Shown: in pieces, positions 30,784 through 32,000 of the stretch | Numbering within the stretch: position 1 is the first letter of the stretch | Layout of the letters: each line of letters begins with the position of its first letter | Notes under the pieces: model-generated | The model's database searches: none | What the model was told of the DNA's origin: nothing | The model's input: only the letters and a program-made list of their open reading frames with translations | DNA from: Buchnera aphidicola (Therioaphis trifolii) | GTDB taxonomy: Bacteria; Pseudomonadota; Gammaproteobacteria; Enterobacterales; Enterobacteriaceae | Reading direction: 5' to 3' | DNA length: 32,000 nt | Assembly (NCBI RefSeq): GCF_005080705.1 | Contig: NZ_CP032996.1 | Span: forward strand, 330,001-362,000 | Position numbers and translations under genes: made by a program

Positions 30784-31179
30784 TTAAGATACTGTACAAA
30801 TAATTTCTCCACCTAATCCAAATTTATAAGCCATTTTGTTACTCATAATACCTTTTGAAGTAGATAAAATAGCAATTCCTAAACCGTCCATTACAATAGG
30901 TAAATTATTTTTTTTTTTATAAATTCTAAGGCTAGGTTTACTTATTCTTTTAATCTCATCTATAACAGGTTTTCCATTAAAATATTTTAAAAAAATTGTT
31001 AATGTTGTTTTATTATTTTTTTTTTCAATACTATAATCATCAATATAACCTTCTTTTTTTAATACATTAGCAATAGCAATTTTAAAATTTGAAGAAGGTA
31101 TACAAACTGAAATTTTATTAGCTAATTGACTATTACGTATATTAGTCAACATATCTGATATTGGATCTTGCATGCTCAT
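30784..31179 (-). CDS. rpsH: 30S ribosomal protein S8
   Basis: [22 protein letters not shown] is near-identical to the E. coli S8 N-terminus. Confidence 0.97.
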   Translation of the reverse strand: MSMQDPISDMLTNIRNSQLANKISVCIPSSNFKIAIANVLKKEGYIDDYSIEKKNNKTTLTIFLKYFNGKPVIDEIKRISKPSLRIYKKKNNLPIVMDGLGIAILSTSKGIMSNKMAYKFGLGGEIICTVS

Positions 31180-31221
31180 CTTTTATTTCTCTCATTATAG
31201 TTTAAAAGTATTTATATTTTT

Positions 31222-31527
31222 TTACCAACTAGATTTTCGTAATCCAGGAATTTCTCCTCGCATAGCTGCTTCTCTAACTTTCATTCTACTTAATCCAAAT
31301 TTTCTAAGAAATCCATGAGGTCTACCAGTTTGAAAACATCTATTACGTTGTCTTGATAAACTAGAATCACGAGGTAAAGTTTGTAATTTTAAAACTGCTT
31401 TCCATCTAACTTTTTGTTTAAGTGACATATTTAAAATAATTTTTTTTAATTTTTGACGCTTTATAAAAAATTTTTTTCCTAATTTAATTCTTTTTAATTC
31501 ACGTGCTTTCATTGATTCTTTAGCCAT
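31222..31527 (-). CDS. rpsN: 30S ribosomal protein S14
   Basis: [62 protein letters not shown] matches E. coli S14. Length is 101 aa. Confidence 0.97.
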   Translation of the reverse strand: MAKESMKARELKRIKLGKKFFIKRQKLKKIILNMSLKQKVRWKAVLKLQTLPRDSSLSRQRNRCFQTGRPHGFLRKFGLSRMKVREAAMRGEIPGLRKSSW

Positions 31528-31547
31528 ATTAAACCTTTTATTTTAAA

Positions 31548-32000
31548 TTATAACTGAAATGGAAAATGAAAAGAAGATAATAATTCAAAACCTTCAATAT
31601 CAGATTTTGCAGTAGTAGTAATTGCAATATCTAAACCACGAATTTTGTCAATAGTATCATAATTAATTTCTGGAAAAATAATTTGTTCACGTATACCCAT
31701 ATTATAATTACCAAAACCATCAAAAGATTTTCTAGAAAATCCTCTAAAATCACGAATTCTAGGTATAACAATATTAATTAAACGACTTAAAAAATCCCAT
31801 TTACGTAAACCTCTTAAAGTAACTTTACAACCAATAAGATTTCCTTGTCTTATTTTAAAACCTGCTATAGATTTTTTTGATTTTGTAACTAAAGGTTTTT
31901 GTCCAGAAATTAATGTTAAATCATTAACAGCTTGTTCTAATATTTTTTTATTATTAATTGCTTTCCCTACTCCCATATTTAAAGTAATTTTCTTTATACA
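31548..32000 (-). CDS. rplE: 50S ribosomal protein L5 (5' end beyond the window end)
   Basis: The reading frame stays open to the window edge (..[15 protein letters not shown]). E. coli L5 has [14 protein letters not shown] ~30 residues into the protein. [23 protein letters not shown] and [27 protein letters not shown] are conserved. Confidence 0.95.
   Translation of the reverse strand, partial: CIKKITLNMGVGKAINNKKILEQAVNDLTLISGQKPLVTKSKKSIAGFKIRQGNLIGCKVTLRGLRKWDFLSRLINIVIPRIRDFRGFSRKSFDGFGNYNMGIREQIIFPEINYDTIDKIRGLDIAITTTAKSDIEGFELLSSFHFPFQL

Overview
This window is an extremely AT-rich, gene-dense piece of core chromosome from a genome-reduced gammaproteobacterial insect endosymbiont. Only the rRNA, tRNA, 4.5S RNA and cspE look compositionally normal. 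Spacers are almost pure A/T.

Gene order (< marks the minus strand): cyoA<, bolA-tig-clpP-clpX-lon-mdlA-mdlB, ffs<, dnaX-ybaB-htpG-adk, tRNA-Arg(UCU)<, folD. Then on the minus strand: cysS, cspE, 5S, 23S, tRNA-Glu, aroE, tsaC. Then def-fmt on plus. Then the complete alpha operon (rpsM-rpsK-rpsD-rpoA-rplQ) and the distal spc operon (rplE..secY-rpmJ) on minus.

This is the E. coli gene order with many genes deleted. It also has a 16S-less tRNA-Glu-23S-5S unit next to aroE. Both features fit Buchnera aphidicola, probably a very reduced low-GC lineage. That identification is an inference from synteny and composition, not from a database search.

The standard genetic code applies. TGA is used as a stop, and all conserved genes are open in code 11.

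I see no CRISPR array, IS or transposase, phage, toxin-antitoxin, restriction or other defence or accessory module. Every long ORF that is not antisense to a conserved gene or inside the rRNA belongs to a well known housekeeping family. I therefore do not believe this window holds a novel multi-gene system.

The items worth a second look are reductive-evolution features:
- Domain-truncated essential proteins: ClpX without its zinc-binding domain, a gamma-length DnaX, Def without its C-terminal helix, and CysS without its C-terminal domain.
- Very long poly(A) tracts inside essential genes.
- The unlinked 23S-5S unit with a candidate promoter and processing stem.
- A compositionally anomalous, near-invariant cspE.
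- A few GC-containing hairpins in otherwise pure-AT spacers.
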